A stretch of DNA of 64,000 nt. Origin: an uncultured Clostridia bacterium (lineage in GTDB: Bacteria > Bacillota > Clostridia > TANB77 > CAG-508). The stretch is taken from assembly GCA_947625665.1 (NCBI GenBank), contig CANQPF010000001.1, forward strand, positions 2,959 to 66,958, read 5' to 3'. The notes under the pieces are model-generated. The model searched no databases. It was not told where the DNA came from and was given only the letters and a program-made list of their open reading frames with translations. Shown piece by piece: positions 30,250 to 39,981 of the stretch (its first letter is position 1; every line of letters begins with the position of its first letter). Position numbers and translations under genes: made by a program.

Positions 30250-30287
30250 GACAATAAAGACGTATAATAAAATTTATATTATACGTC
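30250..30287 (-). terminator. Candidate terminator downstream of feoB
   Basis: 29-nt palindrome GACGTATAATA-AAATTTA-TATTATACGTC, followed on the minus strand by TTTATTG. Confidence 0.4.
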
Positions 30288-30313
30288 TTAGTTTGTTTAT
30301 TGTATATGTAAGA

Positions 30314-32416
30314 TTATTTACAAGAATCACAATAAGGACAATTTGTACACGAGTCTTTCTTTCTATTAAATGAATTTTTAATAATTAAAAATACTATCAA
30401 TAAAATTGCTCCTGCAACTAAAAGATCAGCTACGTTAAAAATTCCATTCTCTATTCTACTTCCGATCTGATAACAAATTGTTGCTAATATCCATGCTGCA
30501 ATAGTTTGAAATCCTACAGTTTTTAATAATTTCTTAGTGTTTCCTAATTCTCTTCTCATCGCTCCAATTGCACCGAAACATGGTGCACTAAATAGATTAA
30601 ATACCATAAATGAATATGCAGAAGCAGCTGTAAACGAACCAAATGTAGTTCCTTCTCCAAATATTTGGCTTCCTTCTTCTACATCCTCATCAAATCCTGA
30701 TATAACTGCCATTGATGAAACAACTTGTTCTTTTGCAACTAATCCCTGAATTGCAGATACTGTAGCTCCCCAGTTATTTTCTCCAAGGACGGGATAAAAT
30801 ACCCATGATATAGTTTTTCCAACAGAGGCTAACATACTATCTTGTATATCTACCCCATATTCAAATTTAAATGAAAATGACAATAAAAACCAAATTGCTA
30901 TTGAACAAATTAATATTACACTTCCTGCTCTTTTTATAAATGCAATAACCTTGTCCCACACGTCTTTTGCTACATATTTTATACTTGGTAATTTATATTC
31001 AGGTAATTCAGAAATATATGAATTACTAGTATTTTTAAATACTAATCTTGAAAGTACAAATGCTGACAATATTATTATAACTATTGCAAAGAAATATAGT
31101 GATGCTGAAGCTATTCCTGAATTTTCTCCAAAGAAATATCCTGAAAATAATGCTATTATTGGCAATTTAGCACTACATGGAATAAATGGAGTAAGCATTG
31201 TTGTCATTTCTCTCTCGTCTAAATTTTCTATAATTCTTGTTCCCATAATACCTGGAACAGAACATCCTGAACCAACTATGAATGGTATAAGACTTTTTCC
31301 ACTTAATCCTATCTTCCTAAAGATCCTATCTAATAATAAAGCAATTCTTGACATATATCCTGTAGTTTCAAGCAACGAAATACATAAAAACAATATTATA
31401 AGTTGTGGTACAAATCCTAGTACTGCTCCAACTCCAGCTATTATTCCATCCACTACTAAACTATTTATAACTTCAGAAGCTCCTGCTGCTTCTAAAGAAG
31501 ATGATGCCCATTCGCTTAATGAATCTACTCCTTCTGATACCATATCTACTGTACTACTTCCAACTACTCCAACAGATAAATAATAAACCAAAAACATTAC
31601 TACTACAAATACAGGAAAAGCAATCCATTTGTTCAAAAATATTTTATCTAATTTATCTGAAATAGATTCTTTGGCAGGTTTTTTAACTACAGTATCTTCT
31701 TTTACTTTTTCAATAAAATCATATCTTTCAGTTGCAATAACTTCTTCAAAATCTGTATCATATTCTTTTTTTAATTCTTCTACCATATCTTCAATTTCTT
31801 TGGTTTGATATAAATTGAATCTCTCATCATCTTCCATCAATTTAACTGCTACAAATCTACTGTGTTCTACTTTTAATTTGGCTTCTATTGAAGATATTAA
31901 ATTTTCAATTTTAGTATCATATATAGGTTTTGTTTGTTCTTTATCTTTTTTACTTATTTCATTTATTAACTTTGTAATTCCTGTTTCTTTTAAAGCTGAA
32001 ATTTTATGTACTTTTACTCCAAGCTCTTTTTCGAGCTTTTTCTCATCAATCTTTATTCCTTTTTTCTCTAATATGTCGGCCATATTTAAAGCTACTATAA
32101 TCTTAGTATCTAACTCCATAAGTTGTGTTGTTAAATATAAACTTCTTTCTATAGAAGTTGCATCCACTATATTTATAATTACATCTGGTTTCTCTTCAAA
32201 AATGAATTCTCGTGCAATCTCTTCTTCTGTACTATATGGACTTAAAGAATAAATACCTGGTAAATCTATTATTTCGTGAGTAGTACCTTTTATTTTTCCA
32301 ATCTTTTTTTCTATAGTAACTCCTGGCCAATTTCCAATTTTGGCATTCATTCCAGTTAAGCAATTAAATAATGTGGTTTTACCACTATTTTGATTTCCTA
32401 CTAATGCTACTTTCAT
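30314..32416 (-). CDS. feoB: Ferrous iron transport protein B
   Basis: N-terminal GTPase G1 motif GNQNSGKTTLFN, a polytopic membrane domain, and a Cys-rich C-terminus. Confidence 0.9.
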   Translation of the reverse strand: MKVALVGNQNSGKTTLFNCLTGMNAKIGNWPGVTIEKKIGKIKGTTHEIIDLPGIYSLSPYSTEEEIAREFIFEEKPDVIINIVDATSIERSLYLTTQLMELDTKIIVALNMADILEKKGIKIDEKKLEKELGVKVHKISALKETGITKLINEISKKDKEQTKPIYDTKIENLISSIEAKLKVEHSRFVAVKLMEDDERFNLYQTKEIEDMVEELKKEYDTDFEEVIATERYDFIEKVKEDTVVKKPAKESISDKLDKIFLNKWIAFPVFVVVMFLVYYLSVGVVGSSTVDMVSEGVDSLSEWASSSLEAAGASEVINSLVVDGIIAGVGAVLGFVPQLIILFLCISLLETTGYMSRIALLLDRIFRKIGLSGKSLIPFIVGSGCSVPGIMGTRIIENLDEREMTTMLTPFIPCSAKLPIIALFSGYFFGENSGIASASLYFFAIVIIILSAFVLSRLVFKNTSNSYISELPEYKLPSIKYVAKDVWDKVIAFIKRAGSVILICSIAIWFLLSFSFKFEYGVDIQDSMLASVGKTISWVFYPVLGENNWGATVSAIQGLVAKEQVVSSMAVISGFDEDVEEGSQIFGEGTTFGSFTAASAYSFMVFNLFSAPCFGAIGAMRRELGNTKKLLKTVGFQTIAAWILATICYQIGSRIENGIFNVADLLVAGAILLIVFLIIKNSFNRKKDSCTNCPYCDSCK

Positions 32417-32646
32417 TATTTAATCACCTCCACTTTTATATCTTTTAAATCTGATTTTCCAATACATAATTCATACCCTCTTAATTCTATATCTATTGGA
32501 TCTCCCATAGGTGCAATTTTTTTTATTTTCACGTTAACACCTCTAGTTACTCCCATATCTAAAAGATGTCTTCTGATTTCTTTATTTTTAACATCCAAGC
32601 TTATAACTTTAGCTTCTTGTCCAACTTTTAATTTTGACAACTTCAT
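32416..32646 (-). CDS. feoA: Ferrous iron transport protein A
   Basis: 76 aa SH3-like FeoA (LSKLKVGQEAKVISL...). The stop overlaps the feoB start. Confidence 0.8.
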   Translation of the reverse strand: MKLSKLKVGQEAKVISLDVKNKEIRRHLLDMGVTRGVNVKIKKIAPMGDPIDIELRGYELCIGKSDLKDIKVEVIK

Positions 32647-32810
32647 ATATCAGGCCTCCTTAACTTGAAATTTTTTTCAACTTTTTCAATTGAATTATAT
32701 TATTAATAAAATATAATGTCAATAGAACTTGAAACTTTTTTCATATTTTTGTTGACTTTTTTCTGTTATTGCCCTATACTTAAGAATATGCAAACAAGAA
32801 AGGATTTATT

Positions 32811-33413
32811 ATGGAAATTTCAGATTTAAGAAAGCCTACTCAAAAAAGGGCTATAGAAAAAAGAAATAAAATATTAAAATACGGTTTTGAACTAATGTGT
32901 GAAAAAGGTTTGTACAATACAGATGCTGCTCAAATAGCAAAACATGCTGGTGTATCTACTGGAACAGTTTATCAATATTTCAAAGATAAAAAGGATATAT
33001 TTGTTCAAGGATTAAAGATATATGCAGAAAGTTTGATGTTTCCAATTAATAATATTAAAGACAAAAAATTAAATGTTGAAAATCTTTCAAATGAGTTAAA
33101 AGATATTATTAATTTATTTATAAAATCACATAAAATTTCAAAATCAGCTCATGAAGAAATTATTGCACTACAGCACACAGATAAAGAAATTGGTAAAATT
33201 TTTAGACAACAAGAAATAAACGCTACTGAAACTTTAGTAGAAATCTTAAAGCAAAACAATATTATAGTTGATAATATTTACGAAAGGTCACACTTGATTT
33301 TGAAATGGATTGATGATTTATGTCATGAAATAATTTTTCATAAACACAAAGACATGGATTATGATAAAATGACAGATATTGTTATTGACTCCATTATACA
33401 TATATTAAATTAG
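32811..33413 (+). CDS. TetR/AcrR family transcriptional regulator
   Basis: N-terminal HTH NTDAAQIAKHAGVSTGTVYQYFKDK; 200 aa. Confidence 0.8.
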   Translation: MEISDLRKPTQKRAIEKRNKILKYGFELMCEKGLYNTDAAQIAKHAGVSTGTVYQYFKDKKDIFVQGLKIYAESLMFPINNIKDKKLNVENLSNELKDIINLFIKSHKISKSAHEEIIALQHTDKEIGKIFRQQEINATETLVEILKQNNIIVDNIYERSHLILKWIDDLCHEIIFHKHKDMDYDKMTDIVIDSIIHILN

Positions 33414-33421
33414 TTACTTTA

Positions 33422-33460
33422 AAAGAAAGCTTCTCTTATTATTAAGAGAGCTTTCTTTTT
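33422..33460. terminator. Bidirectional intrinsic terminator
   Basis: GAAAGCTTCTCTTATTATTAAGAGAGCTTTC hairpin, flanked by AAAA and TTTTT. Confidence 0.65.
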
Positions 33461-33468
33461 AATTTAGA

Positions 33469-33701
33469 TTATATATTTTTTAATTTTTTTATACATTTTT
33501 CACATATTAATTTATCATTATAATTAATCAATGTTTTTTCATTTCCACAAAATATGCAACTAGTCTCAAATTTTTTTAAAATTATATTAGATCCATGATT
33601 ATATATTTCTAGTGCATCTTTTTGCTTTATATCAAGTTTATCTCTTATTTCTTTTGGTATTACTACTCTTCCAAGATTGTCTATTCTTCTATCAATACTC
33701 A
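33469..33701 (-). CDS. AbrB/MazE/SpoVT-family (swapped-hairpin) DNA-binding protein with a C-terminal C4 zinc ribbon
   Basis: MSIDRRIDNLGRVVIPKEIRDKLDIKQKDALEIY is the AbrB-type looped-hinge helix. The C-terminus has CIFCGNEK...CEKCIKK. A GAGGAGG RBS lies upstream of the ATG at 33701. The track ORF is longer, to 33747. Confidence 0.65.
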
Positions 33702-33850
33702 TTTTTTTCCTCCTCTTTTTACATTTCCTTACATATTTTTCCAACATTTTCTAATATAACATATTTTTAAAAAAGTATTTCAATACCCGTATTATAAAAG
33801 TGTTTTTTATCTATACTAAAATTAATAGAGAATACTTTGAAAGGATTTGT

Positions 33851-34126
33851 ATGGGTACAAAAAAATATTTAAGAAGAAGGAAAAAAATTTCAAATTCATT
33901 AAATATTGTCGGCACTAAAATTCGTTACTACCGTGAATTAAACAATTTGTCTTGTCAGAAATTATCTGATAAATTAATGCTCTATGGCGTTGATATTCAC
34001 AGACAAGCCATTTGTAATATTGAGAATGGTAGTAGAACAGTAGTCGACTATGAACTATGCGCTTTTGCAAAGTGTTTTAAAATCACTGTAAATGATTTAG
34101 TTGATGATTATTTCAAAGATTTGTAA
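33851..34126 (+). CDS. XRE-family helix-turn-helix transcriptional regulator
   Basis: [46 protein letters not shown] is a Cro/C1-type HTH. An AAAGGA RBS precedes the ATG at 33851. The track start at 33800 is GTG with no RBS. Confidence 0.65.
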   Translation: MGTKKYLRRRKKISNSLNIVGTKIRYYRELNNLSCQKLSDKLMLYGVDIHRQAICNIENGSRTVVDYELCAFAKCFKITVNDLVDDYFKDL

Positions 34127-35333
34127 TCAAAATATTCTTTTTGGCCTTTACTTTTGTTGGTAAACTATATAAATTAATAAATCCTTCTGCATCTTGTTGA
34201 TTATAGTCGTTATCTTCTCCAAAAGATGCAGTTTGTTCAGAATACAATGAATATGGACTAGATATTCCTGCATTTATTATATTTCCTTTATATAAATTTA
34301 ATTTCACTTTTCCAGTGACAGTTTTTTGAGTAGAATCAATAAACGCTGATAAAGCTTCTCTTAATGGTGTATGCCAATGTGCATCATATAATAATTCACC
34401 AAATTTATCTGCAACACCTTGTTTATAATGCATTGTTTCTTTGTCTAAGCAAATTGTTTCTAATAATTCATGTGCCTTATATATAATTGTTCCACCAGGT
34501 GTTTCATATACTCCTCTTGATTTCATTCCTACAAGTCTATTCTCTACCATATCAATAATTCCTATACCATTTTTTCCTCCCATTTTATTTAATTCTATTA
34601 TCAAATTTAATACTTTCATTTTTTTACCATTTAATGCTGTGGGTATTCCTTTTTCGAAATCTATTTCTATTTTTTCGACTTTATCTGGTGCTTTTTGTGG
34701 TGTAACACCTAATTCTAATATTTCATCATATTTAGGTTCATTTTCAGGATTTTCTAAATCTAATCCTTCATGTGATAAATGCCAAATATTTTTATCTTTT
34801 GAATAATTCGTTTCCTTTGTTATTGGTAATGGAATATTATGCTTTTGAGCATATTCTATCTCATCTTCTCTACTCTTTAACTCCCAAATTCTCCATGGTG
34901 CTATTACTGGCATATCTGGTGCAAAGTTCTTAACTCCTAATTCAAACCTTACTTGATCATTTCCTTTTCCAGTACATCCATGGCATATTGCATCTGCTCC
35001 TTCTTTCTTTGCTATTTCAACTAATTTTTGTGCTATTAATGGTCTTGAAAACGGTGTTCCTAATAAATATACATTTTCATAAGTTGCTCCTGCTTTTATA
35101 GTGGGTACTATATAATCATTTACCAGTTCTTCTTTTAAATCTAATATATATAATTTTGAAGCTCCTGTTTTTTTAGCTTTTTCTTCTAATCCTTCTAACT
35201 CTGATTTATCTTGCCCTACATCTCCTGTTACTGCTATAACTTCACAATCTTTATAATTTTCTTTTAACCAACTTATCATTATAGAGGTGTCTAAACCTCC
35301 TGAATACGCTAATACTATTTTTTTATAATTCAT
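34113..35333 (-). CDS. argG: Argininosuccinate synthase
   Basis: [17 protein letters not shown] (PP-loop), and the ArgG core ...[17 protein letters not shown]... A GGAGG RBS precedes the ATG at 35333. The track's 28-codon N-terminal extension is leader. Confidence 0.9.
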   Translation of the reverse strand: MNYKKIVLAYSGGLDTSIMISWLKENYKDCEVIAVTGDVGQDKSELEGLEEKAKKTGASKLYILDLKEELVNDYIVPTIKAGATYENVYLLGTPFSRPLIAQKLVEIAKKEGADAICHGCTGKGNDQVRFELGVKNFAPDMPVIAPWRIWELKSREDEIEYAQKHNIPLPITKETNYSKDKNIWHLSHEGLDLENPENEPKYDEILELGVTPQKAPDKVEKIEIDFEKGIPTALNGKKMKVLNLIIELNKMGGKNGIGIIDMVENRLVGMKSRGVYETPGGTIIYKAHELLETICLDKETMHYKQGVADKFGELLYDAHWHTPLREALSAFIDSTQKTVTGKVKLNLYKGNIINAGISSPYSLYSEQTASFGEDNDYNQQDAEGFINLYSLPTKVKAKKNILITNL

Positions 35334-35380
35334 AATAAACCTCCATCTAGTTGCTACTTTACAACTCACTATATTTGTTT

Positions 35381-35455
35381 TTAGTTTTGCATATTCATTT
35401 GTCTTCGTTTCGGCCACCCACTATAAAAATACTTTTTATAGCTTTTCCCTTTCAT
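35381..35455 (-). CDS. Possible 24-aa leader peptide ORF inside the argG leader (speculative)
   Basis: ATG with an AAGGAA RBS 8 nt upstream; reads [24 protein letters not shown]. It lies between the second terminator and the argG RBS. Confidence 0.2.
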   Translation of the reverse strand: MKGKSYKKYFYSGWPKRRQMNMQN

Positions 35456-35495
35456 ATTTATCATTCCTTTCAAAAAAATTATTATATTAAAAAAA

Positions 35496-35548
35496 GCATC
35501 TCTTAAAATCCAGAGACGCTTTGTGTAACGTGTTACCACTCTAGTTGC
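35496..35548 (-). promoter_or_regulatory. Degenerate second T-box-like motif plus second intrinsic terminator in the argG leader
   Basis: The minus strand carries AGCAACUAGAGUGGUAACACG, which has CCGCG changed to ACACG. It is followed by hairpin GCGUCUCU-GGAUUUUA-AGAGAUGC plus U7 (35489-35519). It lies only about 85 nt downstream of T-box 1, too close for a full second stem I. Confidence 0.5.
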
Positions 35549-35589
35549 TTATACATTATAATATATTTGCAACTATTTTAGAGTTATAT

Positions 35590-35845
35590 CAAAAAAGCCT
35601 CTGGATATAACTCCAGAGGCGCTTAGCTTACGCGGTACCACTCTAGTTGCTTATATATTTATATATAAACCACTCTTTCCTGTAACGTAGAATTACGTAT
35701 TGTTATACTCTTACTTAATTCATTTCCAACAATCACTCATAAGTTCTTTTCACAATATCATCCATTGCTAGACTCACACCAACTCTAGCTCGCTTTAACT
35801 TCATACTATTGTTACTCTCTTAATCATCGCTTTACTTATTTTATA
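35590..35845 (-). ncRNA. T-box riboswitch leader upstream of argG: stem I region, T-box motif and intrinsic terminator
   Basis: The minus strand carries AGCAACUAGAGUGGUACCGCG (plus-strand reverse complement 35631-35650), then terminator GCCUCUGGA-GUUAUAU-UCCAGAGGC plus U6 (35591-35620). Upstream is a stem I-like region with GAUGA/AGAGAG K-turn elements and the distal hairpin GCUAGA...UCUAGC. A possible specifier region is UGAAAAGAAC, where AGA would be an Arg codon. Confidence 0.65.
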
Positions 35846-35850
35846 TTATT

Positions 35851-35879
35851 ATATTAACATTTTTTAGAAAAGTTGTCAA
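35851..35879 (-). promoter_or_regulatory. SigmaA-type promoter of the argG T-box leader
   Basis: Minus strand TTGACA-17nt-TAATAT. Confidence 0.5.
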
Positions 35880-35932
35880 TAATAAGCAATTGGCAATTTT
35901 TATAGCATATAATATAAGTATACTTAAAAGGA

Positions 35933-36487
35933 ATGATTAATTTGAAAAAAAATAACTCTATCATAGATATATTTGATACAGCAAAAAATGTAAAAGAAAA
36001 AGATCCTGCTGCAAAAAATATTTTTGAGGTTTTATTATTATATCAAGGAATTCATGCATTAATATTATACAGAATCTCTCATTTTTTTTATAAGATGGAT
36101 TTATTTTTCATTGCTAGATTAATTTCAAATATTTCTAAACTTTTTACTGGAATAGAAATTCATCCGGGAGCTATTATCGGTAAAAGACTTTTCATTGACC
36201 ATGGTTCTGGTACTGTTATTGGTGAAACAGCAAAAATTGGTAATGATTGTACCATATACCACCAAGTTACTTTAGGTGGTACTGGAAATGAAAAAGATTT
36301 TAAAAGACATCCTACCATTGGTAATAATGTAATTATTGGTGCAGGAGCTAAAGTATTAGGAAATATTACTATTGGTAATAATGTTAAAATCGGTGCAAAT
36401 GCTATAGTAACAAAAAGTGTAGAAAAAAATTCAACAGTTATAAATTGTAATCAAATTGTACGACAAAATATCCCAACAGGAAGTTAA
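35933..36487 (+). CDS. cysE: Serine O-acetyltransferase
   Basis: N-terminal SATase helical domain ([20 protein letters not shown]) and hexapeptide repeats ([41 protein letters not shown]). Confidence 0.85.
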   Translation: MINLKKNNSIIDIFDTAKNVKEKDPAAKNIFEVLLLYQGIHALILYRISHFFYKMDLFFIARLISNISKLFTGIEIHPGAIIGKRLFIDHGSGTVIGETAKIGNDCTIYHQVTLGGTGNEKDFKRHPTIGNNVIIGAGAKVLGNITIGNNVKIGANAIVTKSVEKNSTVINCNQIVRQNIPTGS

Positions 36488-36509
36488 TCCTGTTGGGATA
36501 GATTTTTTC
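36472..36509 (+). terminator. Intrinsic terminator of cysE
   Basis: CCCAACAGG-AAGTTAAT-CCTGTTGGG plus TTTTTT. The hairpin overlaps the cysE stop codon. Confidence 0.7.
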
Positions 36510-36535
36510 ATATCGATAATGTTAAAAATACCTTT

Positions 36536-37576
36536 TTATAATTGATCTGCTATTTCATAAATAAGTTTTTCTGTTTTTTCCCATCCTAAACATGGGTCTG
36601 TTACTGATTTACCATAAACATTTTCTTCTATATCTTGATTTCCATCTTCTATATATGACTCAATCATTAATCCTTTTACCATTTTTTTGATATTATCATT
36701 ATGACGCATAGCATGAAGAACTTCATTGGCTATTCTTGGTTGTTCTAAATATTTTTTGCTACTATTTGCATGGTTAGTATCTACAATAACAGCCGGATTT
36801 TTATATCCTCCGTTGCAATATAGATTATATAGTGCACTTAGATCTTCATAGTGATAATTAGAATGATTATTACCATGCTTGTCTACACTCCCTCTAAGTA
36901 TAGCATGTGCTAAATCATTACCTTTTGACTCTACTTCCCAGCCTCTATATATAAATGTTTGTTCATTTTGAGCAGCTTTAATTGAATTCAACATAATTGT
37001 ATTGTCTCCACTTGTAGGATTCTTCATTCCTACTGGCACATGCATTGCTGAGGATAGAAGCCTATGTTCTTGATTTTCTACTGAACGAGCTCCAACTGCT
37101 ACATATGATAATAAATCTGATAAATATCTATAATTAGCAGGATAAAGCATCTCATCTGCCGTACATAGACCTGTCTCCTCAATTACTTTTTTATGCAATA
37201 ATCTAGTTGCTCTTATTCCCTCATATATATCTGGTTCCTTATTTGGATCTGGTTGGTGTAACATACCTTTATATCCTACACCTATAGTTCTTGGTTTACC
37301 TGTATAAACTCTTGGTATTATTATCATCTTGTCTTTTACTTGTTCTTGAATTGGAACAAGCCTATGAGTATAATCCAATATTGCATCCATTCTATCAGCT
37401 GAGCAAGGGCCTATTATAAGAATAAATTTATTGCTTTTCCCTCTAAAAACATCTGCAATTTCTTTGTCATTTTTTTCTTTTATTTTTTCTATTTTTTCTG
37501 AAACAGGTATTTCTTGTTTTAATTCTGTTGGTTTCGGTAATTTTCTTTTAAAATTAATATTAGGATTATTTTCCAT
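36536..37576 (-). CDS. aroG: 3-deoxy-7-phosphoheptulonate (DAHP) synthase, class I (AroG/F/H type)
   Basis: LIIGPCSADRMDAIL, KPRT and VDTNHANS motifs. 346 aa with a roughly 45-aa N-terminal extension. Which AroG/F/H isozyme it is cannot be told from sequence. Confidence 0.85.
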   Translation of the reverse strand: MENNPNINFKRKLPKPTELKQEIPVSEKIEKIKEKNDKEIADVFRGKSNKFILIIGPCSADRMDAILDYTHRLVPIQEQVKDKMIIIPRVYTGKPRTIGVGYKGMLHQPDPNKEPDIYEGIRATRLLHKKVIEETGLCTADEMLYPANYRYLSDLLSYVAVGARSVENQEHRLLSSAMHVPVGMKNPTSGDNTIMLNSIKAAQNEQTFIYRGWEVESKGNDLAHAILRGSVDKHGNNHSNYHYEDLSALYNLYCNGGYKNPAVIVDTNHANSSKKYLEQPRIANEVLHAMRHNDNIKKMVKGLMIESYIEDGNQDIEENVYGKSVTDPCLGWEKTEKLIYEIADQL

Positions 37577-37597
37577 ATTTGTTTTCTCCTTCTGTTT

Positions 37598-38266
37598 TTA
37601 TAATTGTTGTATAAAATAGTCAAACAATTTCTTACTATATTTATCGTCAGGTATTGATTCTGGATGCCATTGAACTCCTATAAAAAATTTCTTATTTTTA
37701 TCTTCTAAAGCTTCTATTATATTTTCTTTGCTTTTTGCTGAACAAGTTAAGTTTGTATGTTTTACACATTCATGATGTCTACTATTAACTTTTATTCTTG
37801 TTTCACCTAATATTTCATATAACTTACTATTTGAATCTATTTCTATATCATGAGCATATTCAGCGGGGTCATCATGTATTTCATTAGCATCACATTCTAC
37901 TATTTCTCCTCCAAAAGCTTTTCCCATTAATTGTATTCCTGAACAAATTCCTAAAGTTGGTTTATCTATTTCATGTAAATATCTTAATACTTTACAATCT
38001 ATTTCATTAGTGTCTATTGCACCTGGAAAAATAATTGCGTCACAAATTTCTAATACTCTTTTTACTTTCTCAAATTCTTTATTCATTCCTTCTTCGCTCT
38101 TATTTGAACCTTCAAAATCCATTGGTATACAAATTACATCTACATCATAATTTCTTAATACTTTTGTTATTATTTCTTCTCTTGTTCCATAGGTCAACAA
38201 GCCTCTAAATTTTAATTCAAACTCTCTTAACATTATTCCTACTATTTTTCTCTTCATTGTCATCAT
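37598..38266 (-). CDS. Class I glutamine amidotransferase / peptidase C26 (gamma-glutamyl hydrolase-like)
   Basis: GICSGIQLM has the catalytic Cys, and VQWHPE has the catalytic His. 222 aa. Confidence 0.7.
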   Translation of the reverse strand: MMTMKRKIVGIMLREFELKFRGLLTYGTREEIITKVLRNYDVDVICIPMDFEGSNKSEEGMNKEFEKVKRVLEICDAIIFPGAIDTNEIDCKVLRYLHEIDKPTLGICSGIQLMGKAFGGEIVECDANEIHDDPAEYAHDIEIDSNSKLYEILGETRIKVNSRHHECVKHTNLTCSAKSKENIIEALEDKNKKFFIGVQWHPESIPDDKYSKKLFDYFIQQL

Positions 38267-38313
38267 TCCTTTTCTTTGTATATATTACGAATTATTTTTT
38301 ATATTTGTTAATT

Positions 38314-39981
38314 TTATTTTAGAATTCTATTTATTGCTGTTACCATTGCTTTTAAACTTGATCTAACCATGTTTTCATTTTTACCAACTGCCCATATTCC
38401 TTTTCCATCATGCTCAATTTCTATATATGTAATAACATTAGCTTTTTCTCCTTCTCTTTCTTCATCTTCTTGAGCATCTTGTGTATAGAATTTAAATTCA
38501 AAATCATATCCCATTTCTTTAAGTATTTTTGTAAATGCTGCAACTGGTCCATTTCCTTCTGCTGATTTTGTAATCCTTTCTCCATTAATTTCTAGAACTA
38601 CTTCCAAATTAATTGCATCTTCATTTTTTGTTTTCATGTTAAATTCAACTAAAGACATTTTGTCTTTTCTATTTATATATTCTTTTGCAAATGCTTCATA
38701 TATTTCTTGGCTGCTTAATTCTCTTTTTTGCTTATCAGAAACATCTTTAATAAAGTATCCTAATTCTTGTCTCATTTCTTTTGGAATCTCGTATCCATAC
38801 TCATTTTCTAGCAAGAATGCAACTCCACCTTTTCCAGATTGACTGTTAATTCTTATGATTGGCTCATATTGTCTATTAACATCTGCTGGGTCTAATGGTA
38901 GATATGGTACGTCCCATTGTTCTTCTGGATTTTTACGTGCTGCCTGTAATCCTTTAGAAATTGCGTCTTGATGTGAACCTGAAAATGCTGTGAATACTAA
39001 TTCTCCTACATACGGATGACGAGGACTTATTGGCATTTTTATACATTTTTCATATATTTTCTTAACTTCTTGCAAATCAGAAAAATCAATTTTTGGATCT
39101 ACACCTGTAACATACATATTCATAGCAATATTTAATATATCTGCATTTCCAGTTCTTTCTCCATTACCTAAAATTGATCCTTCTACTCTATCAGCTCCTG
39201 CTAATATTCCCATCTCTGATGTTGCAACTCCTGTTCCTCTATCATTGTGAGAATGTATACTTATAATCATTTTATCTCTATCTAATATATTTTCAGATAT
39301 ATATTGAATTTGATCTGCAAATATATTTGGTGTTGAACATTCTACTGTTGCTGGAAAATTAATTATTGGTTTAGTTTTCAAAAATGGATACCAAATTTTT
39401 AATACATCATTAACAACTTCTAATGCATAATCGACTTCTGTTCCTGTAAAACTTTCAGGTGTATATTCAAAATACCAGTTTGTCTCTGGCTCTTTTTTTG
39501 CATATTCAACTAAAAGTTCTGCACCGTCTGTAGCAATTTTCTTTATTTCTTCTTTATTTTTTCTAAATACAAATTTTCTTTGTGCTACTGAAGTAGAGTT
39601 ATACATATGTACTATAACATTTTTTGCGCCCTTTAATGATTCAAAAGTCCTTTCAATTATTGGCTTTCTCGCTTGTGTTAAAACTTGAACTTTAACATCA
39701 TCAGGTATCATGTCATTTTCTATTAAATATCTTGTAAATTTAAATTCTGTTTCAGATGCTGCTGGAAATCCTATTTCGATTTCTTTAAAACCTATTTTTA
39801 CTAGATATTTAAAAAATTCTATTTTCTCTTCTAATGTCATTGGGTTTGCTAGTGCTTGATTTCCATCTCTTAAATCTACACTACACCATGTTGGTGCTTC
39901 TGTTATTTCTTTATCTGGCCAAGTTCTATTAACTGGTTTTTTCCAATCATATAATTTTTTATACTTTTCATAATTTTTCAT
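38314..39981 (-). CDS. leuA: 2-isopropylmalate synthase, long (LeuA type 2) form
   Basis: 555 aa. [28 protein letters not shown], the [11 protein letters not shown] motif, and a C-terminal LeuA dimerisation/regulatory domain. Confidence 0.85.
   Translation of the reverse strand: MKNYEKYKKLYDWKKPVNRTWPDKEITEAPTWCSVDLRDGNQALANPMTLEEKIEFFKYLVKIGFKEIEIGFPAASETEFKFTRYLIENDMIPDDVKVQVLTQARKPIIERTFESLKGAKNVIVHMYNSTSVAQRKFVFRKNKEEIKKIATDGAELLVEYAKKEPETNWYFEYTPESFTGTEVDYALEVVNDVLKIWYPFLKTKPIINFPATVECSTPNIFADQIQYISENILDRDKMIISIHSHNDRGTGVATSEMGILAGADRVEGSILGNGERTGNADILNIAMNMYVTGVDPKIDFSDLQEVKKIYEKCIKMPISPRHPYVGELVFTAFSGSHQDAISKGLQAARKNPEEQWDVPYLPLDPADVNRQYEPIIRINSQSGKGGVAFLLENEYGYEIPKEMRQELGYFIKDVSDKQKRELSSQEIYEAFAKEYINRKDKMSLVEFNMKTKNEDAINLEVVLEINGERITKSAEGNGPVAAFTKILKEMGYDFEFKFYTQDAQEDEEREGEKANVITYIEIEHDGKGIWAVGKNENMVRSSLKAMVTAINRILK

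Noticed and set aside
30537-32252. Plus-strand ORFs of 70, 210 and 145 aa
   Set aside because: All are antisense to feoB. No RBS, no homology, and codon usage inconsistent with neighbouring genes.
35381-35760. Possibility that the T-box motif at 35631-35650 regulates cysE on the plus strand
   Set aside because: The motif reads as a T-box (GGUGGUACCGCG-type) only on the minus strand. On the plus strand it is CGCGGTACCAC, the reverse complement, so it belongs to argG, not cysE.
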